Of a DNA stretch of 64,000 bases, positions 27,315-38,410 are shown piece after piece. The notes beneath the pieces were generated by a model that searched no databases, was not told the DNA's origin, and was given only the letters and a program-made list of their open reading frames with translations. A program made the position numbers and the translations under genes. The stretch comes from an uncultured Alphaproteobacteria bacterium. Lineage in GTDB: Bacteria; Pseudomonadota; Alphaproteobacteria; ATCC43930; CGMCC-115725. The number at the start of each line of letters is the position of its first letter. The stretch's first letter is position 1. Location: positions 275,430-339,429 of the forward strand of contig CAVZBZ010000004.1 in NCBI GenBank assembly GCA_963773665.1. Reading direction: 5' to 3'.

Positions 27315-29384
27315 TCACCTGTCGCGGCCGAGAAGGCGCACATCGACGGCGCGCACGCCGTGGCCTTCCTCCAGCACCATGAGCGGATTGATCTCGAGAT
27401 CGGCGAGGAACGGGCGGTGGTCGAGGAAGAGGCGCGAGAGCCCCGCCATCGCCCGCGCCGCAGCATTCACGTCGCGCGGGCGCCGCCCGCGGAACGGCCC
27501 CAGAAGCTTCGCACCCTTGAGCGCGCGCAAAACCTCCTCGGCCATCGCCTCGTCGACCGGCAGCAGCCGCACCTGCACGTCGTCGAGCGCCTCGACCAGC
27601 ACGCCGCCGAGCCCCGCCGCCATCACCGGCCCATACTGCGCGTCCTCGCGCACGCCGACGATGAGCTCGAGCCCGTCCACCATCTCCTGCACCAGAAACC
27701 CCTCGCACGGCCCCGGCACGCGCGCCGCCATCGCAGAAGCTGCAGCGCGCACCGCATCGCGATCGGCAAGGCCGAGCGCCACGCCGCCGACCTCCGTCTT
27801 GTGCAGCGCCGCCTGCGACAGGATTTTGACGGCGACGGGAAAGCCGATTTCAGCGGCGCGCGATGCCGCCTCCTCGGGCGTTCTGGCGCGCGCGGTCTTC
27901 GGCAGAGTGAGTCCGTGCGCTTCGAGCAGCCGGTCGAACGACGCGCCCGCGAGCGACGCCGCCTCGCCGCGCGGCGGCAACAGAGGCGCGATGCCGCGCG
28001 CCAGCGCCTCGGCGTGCGCGATGAGGCCGTTGGCGGCGCGGATCGTTTCGGGCAGGCCCTGGATGAAGGGTATGCCGGCCTTCGCCTGGAAGGCGCGGCC
28101 GGCTTCGCTGACGTTCTGCGCCGTGCGGCCATAGGCGATCACCGGTTTCTGGGTCGCGGCGAGCACGTCCTGGAAGGGGGCGAGCGAATAGGGCTCGTCC
28201 GCCGTCATCGGCAGCTGCCCCTGCATGATGAAGAGATCGACATTGGGATCGGCGCAGATGACGCGGCAGATCTCGCTGAATTTCTGCGGCTGCACGCCGG
28301 TCGTGGCGCCGACGTCGAGCGGGTTCTCCGCCGGGAGGCCGGGGTCCACGCGCGGCTTGAGCGCCGCCGCGGTCGCGGGCGCGAAAGCGGCCAACTCCGC
28401 CTCCTGCTCGCTGGCATAATCGAGCAGAAGCCCTTTGGCCCCGCCCGAGAACCCGGCGATGGCGATGCGCCGGCCGCGCGGCAGACGGCCCGGACCGAAG
28501 GCAAGGCAACCCTCGATCAGATCGTCGAGCGTCGGCACGCGCAGCACGCCGTACTTGCGGCAGACGGCATCGAACACCCGATCGTCGCCCGCGAGCGCGC
28601 CGGTATGGCTCGCCGCAGCATCCTGGCCGCGCGCGCTGCGGCCGAGCTTCAGCACGAGGAGCGGTTTCTTGGCGGCAAGCGCCTTCGCGGCCGCGGCCAA
28701 GAAAGCGTCCGGCCGGCGCACGCCCTCGACCATGCAGGCGATGATGCGCGTGCCGTCGTCCTCGACGAGAAAATTGATGTAGTCGGCAAGATCGAGGTCG
28801 AGCTCGTTGCCGCTCGAGACCGCGTAGGAGAAGCCCAGGCCCCGCGTCGCCGCCTGCTGCAGCCAGAACTGGAACGTGCCGCCCGACTGGAAGACGATGC
28901 CGACATCGCCGGCCGGAAGGGCGCGCACGCGGGATGCCGGATAAAGCAGCAGCCGCTCGCGCAAGGCGACCGAACCCATGCAATTGGGACCGGAAACGCG
29001 AAGACCTTTTCCATCGCACAGCGCGCGCACCGCGGCGGCGCGCGCCTCGCCCTCTTCATCGCCGCCCTCGCCGAAGCGCGCGGCATAGATGAGGGCGCAT
29101 TTCAGGCCATGCTCGGCGGCCTCGGCGAGCGCATCGGGAATGGCGGGCGCGGGAATGATGGTGAGCGCGAGATCGACGCGCTCGGGCAGCGAGGCAAAAT
29201 CCGGATAGACCGTTTCGCCCCACAGCTCGCTGCGCTTCGGGTTGACGAGATAGACTTTCGCCGGGAAGCCGCAATAAGCGAGATTGTCGTAGATCGCCTT
29301 CGACCAGCCGTCGCCGCCGCGGTCGGTCGCGCCGATGATGGCGATCGTCTTTGGCCGCAACAGATCGGTGACGGAACGGAACAC
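27315..29384 (-). CDS. ADP-forming acyl-CoA synthetase (acetate--CoA ligase family, fused CoA-binding and ATP-grasp parts)
   Basis: LRPKTIAIIGATDR...GPNCMG...SHTGALAG plus a C-terminal ATP-grasp part. GTG 29384 has GGGAGG upstream. The track start is 29429. Confidence 0.8.
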   Translation of the reverse strand: MFRSVTDLLRPKTIAIIGATDRGGDGWSKAIYDNLAYCGFPAKVYLVNPKRSELWGETVYPDFASLPERVDLALTIIPAPAIPDALAEAAEHGLKCALIYAARFGEGGDEEGEARAAAVRALCDGKGLRVSGPNCMGSVALRERLLLYPASRVRALPAGDVGIVFQSGGTFQFWLQQAATRGLGFSYAVSSGNELDLDLADYINFLVEDDGTRIIACMVEGVRRPDAFLAAAAKALAAKKPLLVLKLGRSARGQDAAASHTGALAGDDRVFDAVCRKYGVLRVPTLDDLIEGCLAFGPGRLPRGRRIAIAGFSGGAKGLLLDYASEQEAELAAFAPATAAALKPRVDPGLPAENPLDVGATTGVQPQKFSEICRVICADPNVDLFIMQGQLPMTADEPYSLAPFQDVLAATQKPVIAYGRTAQNVSEAGRAFQAKAGIPFIQGLPETIRAANGLIAHAEALARGIAPLLPPRGEAASLAGASFDRLLEAHGLTLPKTARARTPEEAASRAAEIGFPVAVKILSQAALHKTEVGGVALGLADRDAVRAAASAMAARVPGPCEGFLVQEMVDGLELIVGVREDAQYGPVMAAGLGGVLVEALDDVQVRLLPVDEAMAEEVLRALKGAKLLGPFRGRRPRDVNAAARAMAGLSRLFLDHRPFLADLEINPLMVLEEGHGVRAVDVRLLGRDR

Positions 29385-29491
29385 TGAGCCTCCCTTGCCG
29401 ATCGTCCGGTCCTTTATGCAATTCTGCATGGGTCGAAGGGGGTGTCAACGAGCCACCGGCCGCGCTATCTTCGCGCGAGGAGGTTCTCGCA

Positions 29492-30517
29492 ATGAAGATC
29501 GTGTCATTTGGTCCGGATCGGCGCACGGGCGTGCTGCGCGACGAGACGGTGGTCGATATCTCGCTCGCCTTCGCCAAGTATCTGCATGAGCGCCAGGGCG
29601 AGAGGCATGCGCAACGGCTTGCGAACGCGCTGTGCCCGCCGGAGCTTGGACATTTCATCGAGGGCGGCCAGCGCTCGCTCGACAATGCGCAGAAGGCGCT
29701 CGACTATCTCTTCAGCGAGGTACAGCACCAGAAGGGCATGCGCGGCGAGAAGATCATCCAGACGGCAAGCGAGGTGATCCTGCACGCGCCGCTGCCGGCC
29801 GGCGCGCGCATCGCCTGCGCCGGCGGCAATTTCGCCGACCACGCCGCCGCCATGGCGAACCGCAACCGCACCGGCGACGTGAAGCCGTTCACCGGCGATC
29901 CGGCCGCCGAGATCCGCAAGACCGGCATCTGGGGCTTCTGGAAGATCACCCGCGAGATGGTCGGGCCGGACGGCGACCTCGTCTATCCCGCGCGCTGCAA
30001 CCGGCTCGACTACGAGGGCGAGCTCGCGATCGTCATCGGCAAAGAGGGCAAGGACATCCGCGCCAAGGACGTGAAGGATTACGTCTGGGGCGTGACGCTG
30101 TTGGGCGACTGGAGCATCCGCGGCGTTGGCGAGCCCGGCCCCTTGCGCTTTGCCATGCAGAAGAATTTCGACAGCTGCTGCTCGCTCGGGCCCTGCATCG
30201 CCGTGGGCGAGGCCGATCCGTTCGACGCCCCGGTCGAGACCTACGTCAACGGCGAGCGCCGGCAGAGCTTCAACACCAAGGACATGGTGTTTTCGTTCGG
30301 CGAGTATCTCGAGTTCCTGTCGCGCGATCTGACGTTCTATCCGGGCGACATCATCAGCGGCGGCACCGCGGCGGGCACAGCCGCCGATTCGAGCCCGCTC
30401 CAGGCCGACGGCACGCCGTCGCCCGCGCGTTTTCTGAAGCCCGGCGACCTCGTCGAAGTGAAGTCGCCCACGATCGGCACACTGCGCACGAAGGTCGTCG
30501 CGAAGAAGAACGCGTAG
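29492..30517 (+). CDS. fumarylacetoacetate hydrolase (FAH) family protein
   Basis: DYEGELAIVIGKEGKDI...GDIISGGTAAG. GAGGAGG RBS. Confidence 0.85.
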   Translation: MKIVSFGPDRRTGVLRDETVVDISLAFAKYLHERQGERHAQRLANALCPPELGHFIEGGQRSLDNAQKALDYLFSEVQHQKGMRGEKIIQTASEVILHAPLPAGARIACAGGNFADHAAAMANRNRTGDVKPFTGDPAAEIRKTGIWGFWKITREMVGPDGDLVYPARCNRLDYEGELAIVIGKEGKDIRAKDVKDYVWGVTLLGDWSIRGVGEPGPLRFAMQKNFDSCCSLGPCIAVGEADPFDAPVETYVNGERRQSFNTKDMVFSFGEYLEFLSRDLTFYPGDIISGGTAAGTAADSSPLQADGTPSPARFLKPGDLVEVKSPTIGTLRTKVVAKKNA

Positions 30518-30574
30518 AGCGGAAGCCGGCATACCCTAATCCGTCATGCCCGGCCTTGACGAACGGGGCGTGGC

Positions 30575-31768
30575 CTAAACGGCGCCGTTTTTCCGGAACG
30601 ACTCGATCTCGGCCGCGCCGTAGCCGAGTTCGCGCAACACCTCGTCGCTGTGCTCGCCATATTCGGGCGCGGCGGCGGCGAGGCGGCTTTTCGTGCGGCT
30701 GAGGCTCACCGGCTGGCCGATCAGGGCGATCGCGCCCAAGAGTTTCGACTGCACCTGCTGGGCGATGCCGAGGTGCTGCACCTGCGGATCGGCGAACGCC
30801 TGATCGATCGAATAGATCGGCCCGCAGGGGATGCCGGCGGCATTGAATTTCTCGATGAGCGCCGCGCCCTCCTCCTGCGAGGTGATCTCGTCGATGAGGG
30901 CATTGAGCCGCTCGCGGTTCTTGCGCCGGGCGGGCGGCGTCGCGAAATCGGGATCCTCGATCCATGCCGGGCGCCCGATCGTCGTGCAGAAGCGGCGCCA
31001 CATCGGCGGCGTCGGCGCGATGTTGATGTGGCCGTCGCGCGTCTTGAACGTGCCGGTCGGCGAGCCGGTCGGATGGTTGTTGCCGACCTGGCGCGGCACT
31101 TCGCCTTTCATGAGATAGCGCGCGCCCTGGAAATCGAGCATGAAGAGCAGCGCCTCGAGCAGCGAGGTCTTGATCCATTGCCCTTCGCCCGAACGTTGCC
31201 GCTCCCACAGCGCGGTCATGATGCCGAGCGCCGCCAGCAGCCCGGCCGCGAGATCGCCCACGGCGATGCCGACGCGCATCGGTCCGCGTCCCGGCTCGCC
31301 GGTGATCGACATGAGGCCCGACATGCCCTGTGCGATCTGATCGACGCCCGGCCGATCGCGATAGGGACCGTCCTGGCCGAAGCCCGAGATGCTGGCATAG
31401 ACCAGGCGCTTGTTGATCGCCTTCAGCGATTCGTAATCGATGCCGAGGCGGAATTTCACGTCGGGCCGGTAGTTCTCCACGAGCACGTCGGCGCGCTCGA
31501 CGAGGCGGCGGAAAATCCCAATGCCGTCGGGGTGCTTCAAGTCGAGTGTGATCGAGCGCTTGTTGCGGTGGAGGTTCTGGAAATCGGGATCGTTGCGCTG
31601 GGCGAAGTCGGTTTGCGTGGCGCTGCCCGGCTCCTCGCGCATCTCGATCTTGATGACGCTCGCCCCCCAATCGGCGAACTGGCGCACGCAAGTGGGCCCG
31701 GCGCGCACGCGCGTCAAATCGAGAACCGTAATTCCCTCTAGCGCGGTCGAGGCTGGCGGAAGGCTCAT
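30575..31768 (-). CDS. CaiB/BaiF family (class III) CoA-transferase
   Basis: LEGITVLDLTRVRAGPTCVRQFADWGASVIKIE. The ATG overlaps the upstream stop (ATGA). Confidence 0.9.
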   Translation of the reverse strand: MSLPPASTALEGITVLDLTRVRAGPTCVRQFADWGASVIKIEMREEPGSATQTDFAQRNDPDFQNLHRNKRSITLDLKHPDGIGIFRRLVERADVLVENYRPDVKFRLGIDYESLKAINKRLVYASISGFGQDGPYRDRPGVDQIAQGMSGLMSITGEPGRGPMRVGIAVGDLAAGLLAALGIMTALWERQRSGEGQWIKTSLLEALLFMLDFQGARYLMKGEVPRQVGNNHPTGSPTGTFKTRDGHINIAPTPPMWRRFCTTIGRPAWIEDPDFATPPARRKNRERLNALIDEITSQEEGAALIEKFNAAGIPCGPIYSIDQAFADPQVQHLGIAQQVQSKLLGAIALIGQPVSLSRTKSRLAAAAPEYGEHSDEVLRELGYGAAEIESFRKNGAV

Positions 31769-32937
31769 GCGGCGCCTCCGAGCAGCAGCGCGCCGTAATT
31801 GGCGGTGCTCGAGTCCCAAGCGAGCGCGCGGTGCGCGGCGACGGCGTAGAGGTCGCGGATCTGGCGCTGCATCGCGTTCTCGACGAAAAGCGCGCGGCCG
31901 CCGGCGGCATTGAAGAGACGCTGGACGGCGGCGAGCGAAAGCTGTGCCGCGAAGGACGAGCCGAGCCGCGTTCGCGTGCGCTGCTCCTTGGAAAGCCGCT
32001 CGCCCCGCTCGAGGGTAGCCATGGCGTCGCGCGCGGCGCCGATCGCAAGGCGCCCGGCCGCCAGGATTTCCGCCGCCGATTGGCCGATCCCCATATGCGT
32101 GCCCATGAGATCGGCGAGCGCCGTGCCGCGCGACTGGCGCGGCTTGGTGAATTTGAGGTACTCGTCGAAGAAGCCGTCCGCGATCCCGACCGCGATCGAG
32201 CCGAAGCCGGTGCCGGCCACGTCGTGGCGCGGCATGCGGTAGACGACGCCCGGATTGAACGCGGCGCCCGGCACGTCGCCTTCGTCGGAGGCGTCGCCGT
32301 CGAGAATGCGGTGCGCCGGCACGAACACGTCCTTCACCTCGAAGCTTTTGCTGCCGGTGCCGGACAGGCCGATGACGTGCCAGTCGTCGATCACGCTGAC
32401 ATCGCTCTTAGGCACGAGGAAATAGCTGCGCTTCGGCGCCTTTCCGTCCTCCTCGAGATGGCCGCCGCAAAGGAGCCAGTGCGCATGGTCGATGCCGCTG
32501 GCATATCGGTGGCGGCCGGAATAGCGGGCACCGCCGGGCACCGTGCGGCCCTTGCCCACGGGCTCGACCGAGGCGGACAGCCGCGCGCCCTGATCCTTGC
32601 CCCAGACATCGGCTTGCGCCTCGAGCTCGAACATGCCGAGGAGCTGCGTGTGATCGCAGTAGATGTTGCCAATCCACGCCTGCGAGCCGCAGCCGCGCGC
32701 CAATACGCGGCTCACTTCGCACAGCACGTCCCACGGCTGCTCCCAGCCGCCGAAGCGCGCCGGCTGACAGATGCGCAGGAGGCCGGCGGCGGCGAAATCC
32801 GCGACGGTTTCCGCAGGGCATTGCCGCAATTCCTCGGCCTTCGCCGCGCGCGAGCGCAGCACGGGCACGAGCTGCGCGGCGCGCTCGAGCAATTCCTGCC
32901 GCAGGGCGGCGGGCTCGCTTGCGATCGTATCGGCCAT
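31765..32937 (-). CDS. acyl-CoA dehydrogenase-fold flavin-dependent monooxygenase (HpaB/HsaA-like group)
   Basis: MADTIASEPAALRQELLERAAQLVPVLRSRAAKAEELRQCPAETV...VIGLSGTGSKSF. Paralog of 44102..45289. Confidence 0.75.
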   Translation of the reverse strand: MADTIASEPAALRQELLERAAQLVPVLRSRAAKAEELRQCPAETVADFAAAGLLRICQPARFGGWEQPWDVLCEVSRVLARGCGSQAWIGNIYCDHTQLLGMFELEAQADVWGKDQGARLSASVEPVGKGRTVPGGARYSGRHRYASGIDHAHWLLCGGHLEEDGKAPKRSYFLVPKSDVSVIDDWHVIGLSGTGSKSFEVKDVFVPAHRILDGDASDEGDVPGAAFNPGVVYRMPRHDVAGTGFGSIAVGIADGFFDEYLKFTKPRQSRGTALADLMGTHMGIGQSAAEILAAGRLAIGAARDAMATLERGERLSKEQRTRTRLGSSFAAQLSLAAVQRLFNAAGGRALFVENAMQRQIRDLYAVAAHRALAWDSSTANYGALLLGGAA

Positions 32938-32950
32938 GCGCGCGGGAACC

Positions 32951-33721
32951 TCAGGTGCGATATGAGGGATCGGTGCGGTCGAGCGAGCGCAGCACGCCCT
33001 GCCATTCGTCGCGCCGCCCGTGCTTTCTGGCGAGGTTCTCGAACTGCTGCGCCGTGCGCTCGCACACCTCGGGCGGCGGCTCGCTGATCTCGGCGCCCGT
33101 TGCCTCGATCTCGAGCTGCACTTCGGCCGACATGATGAGCGTCCGCAGCCTGAGCGCCGCCTGGGCTACCGTATCGCCGCAGGTGAGGAGGCCATGATTG
33201 CGCAGGATCATCGCGTTGTTGCGGGCGAGATCGCGGCCCAGCCGCTCGCGCTCGCCGCCGTCGAGCGCGATGCCCTCGAAATCGTGATAGCTGACGCGGC
33301 CGTAGAACTGCATCGATTCCTGGCACAGGAAGCGCAGGCCCCCCTTGCGCGCGCTGATCGCCATGCCGGGCTTGCTGTGCAGATGCATCACCGCGTTGAC
33401 GTCGGGCCGCGCCTGATAGACCGCGGAATGGATGGTGAAGCCCGCCGGGTTCACGTCCTCATCAGTGCCCACGGGCGCGCCGCCGGCATCGACCTTGACG
33501 AGATTGGACGCGGTCACCTCCTCGAACAGCAGCGTGTGGCGCTTGATGAGGAAGCGGTCGGGCTCGCCCGGAACGCGCACGGTGAAATGGTTGAAGATGA
33601 GGTCGGTCCAATCGTTGGCGGCGGCCAGGCGGTGCGCCGCGGCGAGATCGACCCGCGCCGCCCATTCGTCCGCGGACACATCGTTGCGGCGCGCGTTGGC
33701 GAAGCCCTGCGATTGATCCAT
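32951..33721 (-). CDS. class II aldolase/adducin family protein
   Basis: NHFTVRVPG...AVMHLHS...ILRNHGLLTCG. Confidence 0.85.
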   Translation of the reverse strand: MDQSQGFANARRNDVSADEWAARVDLAAAHRLAAANDWTDLIFNHFTVRVPGEPDRFLIKRHTLLFEEVTASNLVKVDAGGAPVGTDEDVNPAGFTIHSAVYQARPDVNAVMHLHSKPGMAISARKGGLRFLCQESMQFYGRVSYHDFEGIALDGGERERLGRDLARNNAMILRNHGLLTCGDTVAQAALRLRTLIMSAEVQLEIEATGAEISEPPPEVCERTAQQFENLARKHGRRDEWQGVLRSLDRTDPSYRT

Positions 33722-33859
33722 GACGATCCTCCTTAGCGCCGGAGATTAGCCCTTGGCGAGTGCCACGTCATCAGAGCGGCGCTGCCGCGACCGTCTTGCC
33801 CGTCCGGGTCCCGTCCTCTACGGTCGCGGCGACAACGAACTCGCAAAGCGGAGGCAGTG

Positions 33860-35612
33860 ATGGCGGCGGAACCTGAGAACTGGACGACGGCACCGGCGGA
33901 TTATCGCGGCGACGCGGTCGTCGCGGCGATGGCGATGGGCGGCGTCGATCATCTCTTCTTCACGTCGGGCTCCGAACTGGCGTTCTATCAGGAATCCATC
34001 GCCAAGGCGCGCCACCACAACCGGCCGGTGCCGCGCATCGTCACCGTGACGCACGAGCATGTCAGCCTCAACGCCGCCTTGGGCTATGCCGCGGTGAGCG
34101 GAAAATGCGCGGCGACGGCGGCGCATGTCGATTGCGGCACCCAGCATCACGGCGGCGCCATCCATACCGCGTGGCGCAGCGGGCTGCCGGTGATGATCAC
34201 CGCGGGCGGCGCGCCCTCGGCCTATCCGGGCTCGATGCCGGGCTCGCGCGAGGAAGGCGCGCATCTCTGGTCGCAGCAGGTGTTCGACCAGGGCGGCATC
34301 CTCCGGCAATACACCAAGTGGGACAAGCGGCTCGAGTACCAGGACAATCCCGGGCTTATGGTGAGCCGCGCGCTGCAAGTGGCGCGGACCGAGCCGATGG
34401 GCCCGGTCTATATGAGCTTCCCGCGCGAGATCATCCTGCTGCCGATGCAGGGCGACGCGAAATTCCCGACCGCCGACCAGCTCGGCATCGCGCGCCCGGC
34501 GGCGGTCGATCAGGACAGCGCCAAGGAGATCGCCCAGAAACTCATCAAGGCGAAGAACCCGGTGGTCGTCGTGTCGGGCTCGGGCAAGTACAAGGAGACG
34601 GTGCCGGAGCTCGTGTCGCTGTGCGAGCTCCTGGGCCTCGCCGTCGTCGATGGCGCGGCGCGGCACTTCCTTTCATTCCCGATGAACCATCCGCTCTACC
34701 AGAACACCATGTCCTTGAAAGATGCGGACGTGGTTCTGGTGCTCGAGGCGACCGTGCCGTGGATGCCGGGCCCGATGGCACCGGGCCCGAGCGCGTGGAT
34801 CGCGGCCATCGATCAGGATCCGGCGAAGAACCGTTTCCCGACGTACGAGTTCACCGCGGATATCCGGCTCAATGCCAGCCCGCTCCTCGCCATCCGCGCG
34901 ATCCGGGCCGAGGCCGAGAAGCTCCTGGGCGCAAGCGACCGCAGCGCCGCCGCCGACCGCAGCAAGCGATTGGCGGAGACCGGCGCGGCGCGGCGCAGAA
35001 ATCTCGCGGACGAGGCCATGGCGAAGGCGAAGAATACGCCGGTGGACCCGATGTTCGTCAGCCACACGATCGCGCAGGCGATCGACGACAACTGCATCGT
35101 GCTCGACGAATCGCTGCAGGAGCCCGCGCTTTCCGGAATTCGTCAACTGCTCGAAGCCCGGCTCCTATATCCACAATCCGGGATCGAGCGGCGGCTGGGG
35201 GCCGGGCGCGGCCCTGGGCGCCAAGATCGCGGCTCCCGACAAGGATGTCGTCCTGGTGTTGGGCGACGGTTTCTGGCAGTTCGCCGTGCCCAATGCGGCG
35301 CTCTGGTCGGCGAACCACCATCGCGCGCCGTTCCTGTCGATCATCCACCAGAACCGCAGCTTCTCGACCGGCACAAGCGGCGTGAAGTCGGCGTTCGGCG
35401 AGAGCTACGCGCACAAGGCGGATTATCCCGGCGGCTATTTCGATCCGCCGATCGACTACGCCAAGGAGGCCGAGGCCGCCGGCGCCTATGGCGAGAACGT
35501 GCGCGACCCGGCCGAGCTCGGCCCGGCGATCAAGCGCGGCCTCGCGCAAACCCGCCGCGGCACCCCCGCCGTCATCGCGGTGTGGGAAGCCCGGATCGGC
35601 CACAAGGATTGA
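33860..35612 (+). pseudogene. thiamine-diphosphate-dependent enzyme (acetolactate synthase-like fold), frameshifted near 35115-35132
   Basis: The N-terminal and central domains lie in ORF 33857..35641 up to ...DDNCIVLDESL. The C-terminal TPP-binding domain (GSSGGWGPGAALGAK...LGDGFWQF...IIHQN) lies in the frame of ORF 34722..35612. Confidence 0.7.
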
Positions 35613-35616
35613 GAAA

Positions 35617-35685
35617 GATTGCTTCGCTTCGCTCGCAATGACAGCCGACGGTTGTCATTGCGAGGAGCGAAGCGTCGAAGCAATC
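35617..35685. repeat. REP-like imperfect palindrome between convergent genes (probable bidirectional terminator)
   Basis: The arm gattgcttcgcttcgctcgcaatgaca pairs with tgtcattgcgaggagcgaagcgtcgaagcaatc. It generates the typical spurious CFASLAMT peptide in ORF 35488..35784. Confidence 0.7.
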
Positions 35686-35686
35686 C

Positions 35687-36398
35687 CTACGTCGCCGCGC
35701 CGGCGCGGCGTGACCAGTATTCCCAGGCGCGGGAATGGCCGGTCTGAGCCATCTTCTGCATCTCGGCGATCTCGCCTTCGCTGAGGAAAATGAGGTCGCT
35801 GCCGAGGCGCATCGCCTCGGACTGGAGATGCGCGTTCACCTTGAGATAGACCGCGGTGTGAACCGCGTCCTGGATCGAGATGCCGGAGACGGCGCAACCG
35901 TGGCCGCGCATCAGCACGATGCGGTTCTTCCCGAGCTTGTCCGCGAGGTCGCGGCCGTGCGCGAGCGTCGTCACCAGAAGGTTGGTGTCGCCGAATTTGT
36001 CGCGAATGTCCCAGACCGGAAGCTCGGCGCCCAAGCCCGCCGAGGTGTGCAGCAGCGGGCGGAGCTTCGCGCCCCTCGCCACCGTGAAGGGGATGACCTC
36101 GTAGGCGTGATTGTGGATGACCGATTTCACCTCGGGGCGGGCGCTGAAAGATCGCGCCATGGATCGGGCGCTCGGTATATTGCGCGCGGCCCTTTTGGTC
36201 GATCGGGTTGCAGTCGAGATCGTACTCGATGATGTCGTCGAGCGTGACGAGTTCGGGACTGCGCGAGCCGGAGAGAAAAAACCGGTCGGGCCGGTCGGGA
36301 TGGCGCACGCTGATGTGGCCATAGGCATCGACCACGCCCTCATGCGCCAGGATGCGGTTCGCGGTGACGAGATCGTGCAAGAGATCTGGCAGGCTCAT
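35687..36398 (-). pseudogene. class II aldolase/adducin family protein, frameshifted near 36134-36146
   Basis: MSLPDLLHDLVTANRILAHEGVVDAYGHISVRHP...HGAIFQ (ORF 35655..36527) continues as RPEVKSVIHNHAYEVIPF...LMRGHGCAV (ORF 35687..36343). Confidence 0.7.
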
Positions 36399-36408
36399 AT
36401 CGGTTCCC

Positions 36409-37270
36409 CTATTTCCGGCCGGTGAGTTCGCGGCCCTTGTCGAGCGCGGCGTAGCTTCGCACCGGCGCCGCCATGAGGAAGCGATAGCCTTCCTTGACGA
36501 TGCGCTCGACATTGCCGGTGCCGACATGCGGGTGGCCGACCGGCACGTTGGCCGCCTTGCACACGCGCACGATCTCGCCCATCGCCTCGACCACTTTCGG
36601 GTGCTCGTACTGGCGCGGATAACCCAATTCCTGCGACAGGTCGCCCTCGCCGATGAGGACGACGCCGACGCCCGGCACCTTTTTGAGAATGTCGGGCAGA
36701 TTGGCGATCCCGACCGTGTCCTCGATCATCAGGATGACGAGAATCTCGCCCTTGGGATTGAGCGGCCAGACATCGGCGCGCTCGTAATATTCCTGCTGCG
36801 AAATGCCCCAGTAGCGCACCGCCGCCGTCGGCCCGTCGCCGCGCAGCCCCGCGGGCTCGTAGAGCGCCGCGCCCTTCAAGCTGCGGATAGCGGCACGCGG
36901 CGACCGCGTTATAGGCCTGATCGACCGTGCTGATATGCGGCCAGACGATCCCGTAGGCGCCGAGATCGAGCGCCTGCTTGGCGTAGGTCTGGTTCATCTC
37001 GCCGCCGTTGGGCGGGATGCGCACGATCGGCGTCACGCCGGGCGCCACCGAACCGGACTTCGCGATCTGGCTGCGGTTCAGCATGTATTGCAGCGCGTCG
37101 CGGAGCGCCCTGATGTCCCACGGGTTGTGCTCCATCTCGAACACGATGCCGTCGTATTTCGCCGCGCTCATCGCGATTGCCGTCTCGCTGTCGGCGTTGG
37201 CGAAGGCGGTGAAGGCGTGGCCCTGCTCGAGCGCGCGGATGACGCCGTTCAGTCGCGGAAGTTCGGACAT
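36409..37270 (-). pseudogene. HpcH/HpaI-family aldolase, frameshifted near 36880
   Basis: MSELPRLNGVIRALEQG...IVRIPPNG...AACRYPQ (ORF 36395..37270) continues as LKGAALYEP...LVILMIEDTVGI...IGEGDLSQELG (ORF 36409..36879). Confidence 0.7.
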
Positions 37271-37379
37271 GCTGTCTCCATTCGTTTTCTCTCGCCCGGC
37301 ATCGTACCAGATACGCCGCGGTTTGACAGCGAGCGGGCGCCTTCATAGCATCGCCGAAAGACCGAGGGGAGACTCCCAG

Positions 37380-38399
37380 ATGATCATCGACTGTCACGGC
37401 CACTACACGACCGCGCCCAAGCAGCACGAGGGCTGGCGCCAGCAGCAGATCGCGGCGTTCGATGCGAAGCAGGCGGCCCCGGCGCGCCCCGCCATCAGCG
37501 ACGACGAGATCCGCGACAGCATCGTCAACGCGCAACTGAAGCTGCAAAAGGAGCGCGGCACCGATCTCACGATCTTCTCGCCGCGCGCGGCCGGCATGGC
37601 GCATCATTTGGGCGACGCGCAGACGAGCGCGCAATGGTCGCGCGCCTGCAACGACCTCATCCACCGCGTCTGCACCCTCTTCCCCGAGAATTTCGTCGGC
37701 GTCTGCATGCTGCCGCAGACGACCGGCGTCTCGCCCGCCAATTGCCGCGACGAGCTCGAGCGCTGCGTCAAGGAGCTGGGCTTCATCGGCTGCAACCTCA
37801 ATCCCGATCCGTCGGGCGGATGGTGGAAGGATCCGCCGCTCACCGACCGCTACTGGTATCCGATCTACGAGAAGATGGTCGAGCTCGACGTGCCGGCGAT
37901 GGTGCATGTCAGCGCCTCGTGCAACCCGTGCTTCCACAGCACCGGCGCGCACTACATCAATGGCGATACCTCGGCCTTCATGCAGTTCATCACCGGCGAT
38001 CTGTTCAAGGATTTCCCGACGCTGCGCTTCATCATTCCCCATGGCGGCGGCGCGGTGCCGTTCCACTGGGGCCGCTACCGCGGCCTGGCGCAGGACATGA
38101 AGCGGCCGCCCTTGAAGGACTACCTCCTCAAGAACGTCTGGTTCGACACGTGCGTCTATCACCTGCCGGGGATCGAGCTTTTGACGCGCGTCATCCCGAT
38201 CGAGAACATCCTGTTCGCGTCGGAGATGGTGGGCGCGGTGCGCGGCGTCGATCCCGACACCGGGCACAATTACGACGACACCAAGCGCTATGTCGACCAG
38301 CTCAAGATCGGCGCCGGCGACAAGCAGAAAATCTTCGAGGGCAATGCGCTCAAGGTTTTCCCGCGGCTTGCCGGAGCGCTCGCCAAGGCCCGGAAGTAG
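37380..38399 (+). CDS. amidohydrolase_2-family hydratase, LigJ (4-oxalomesaconate hydratase)-like
   Basis: MIIDCHGHY (HxH metal site) ...GCNLNPDP...PPLTDRYWYPIYEKMVELDVPAMVH...IIPHGGGAVP. Colinear with my recollection of LigJ. Confidence 0.75.
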   Translation: MIIDCHGHYTTAPKQHEGWRQQQIAAFDAKQAAPARPAISDDEIRDSIVNAQLKLQKERGTDLTIFSPRAAGMAHHLGDAQTSAQWSRACNDLIHRVCTLFPENFVGVCMLPQTTGVSPANCRDELERCVKELGFIGCNLNPDPSGGWWKDPPLTDRYWYPIYEKMVELDVPAMVHVSASCNPCFHSTGAHYINGDTSAFMQFITGDLFKDFPTLRFIIPHGGGAVPFHWGRYRGLAQDMKRPPLKDYLLKNVWFDTCVYHLPGIELLTRVIPIENILFASEMVGAVRGVDPDTGHNYDDTKRYVDQLKIGAGDKQKIFEGNALKVFPRLAGALAKARK

Positions 38400-38410
38400 C
38401 GGCGGCGGGC

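Noticed and set aside
35488-35784. 98-aa ORF containing CFASLAMT
   Set aside because: It is generated by translating the REP palindrome and the 3' end of the antisense aldolase gene, a well-known annotation artefact.
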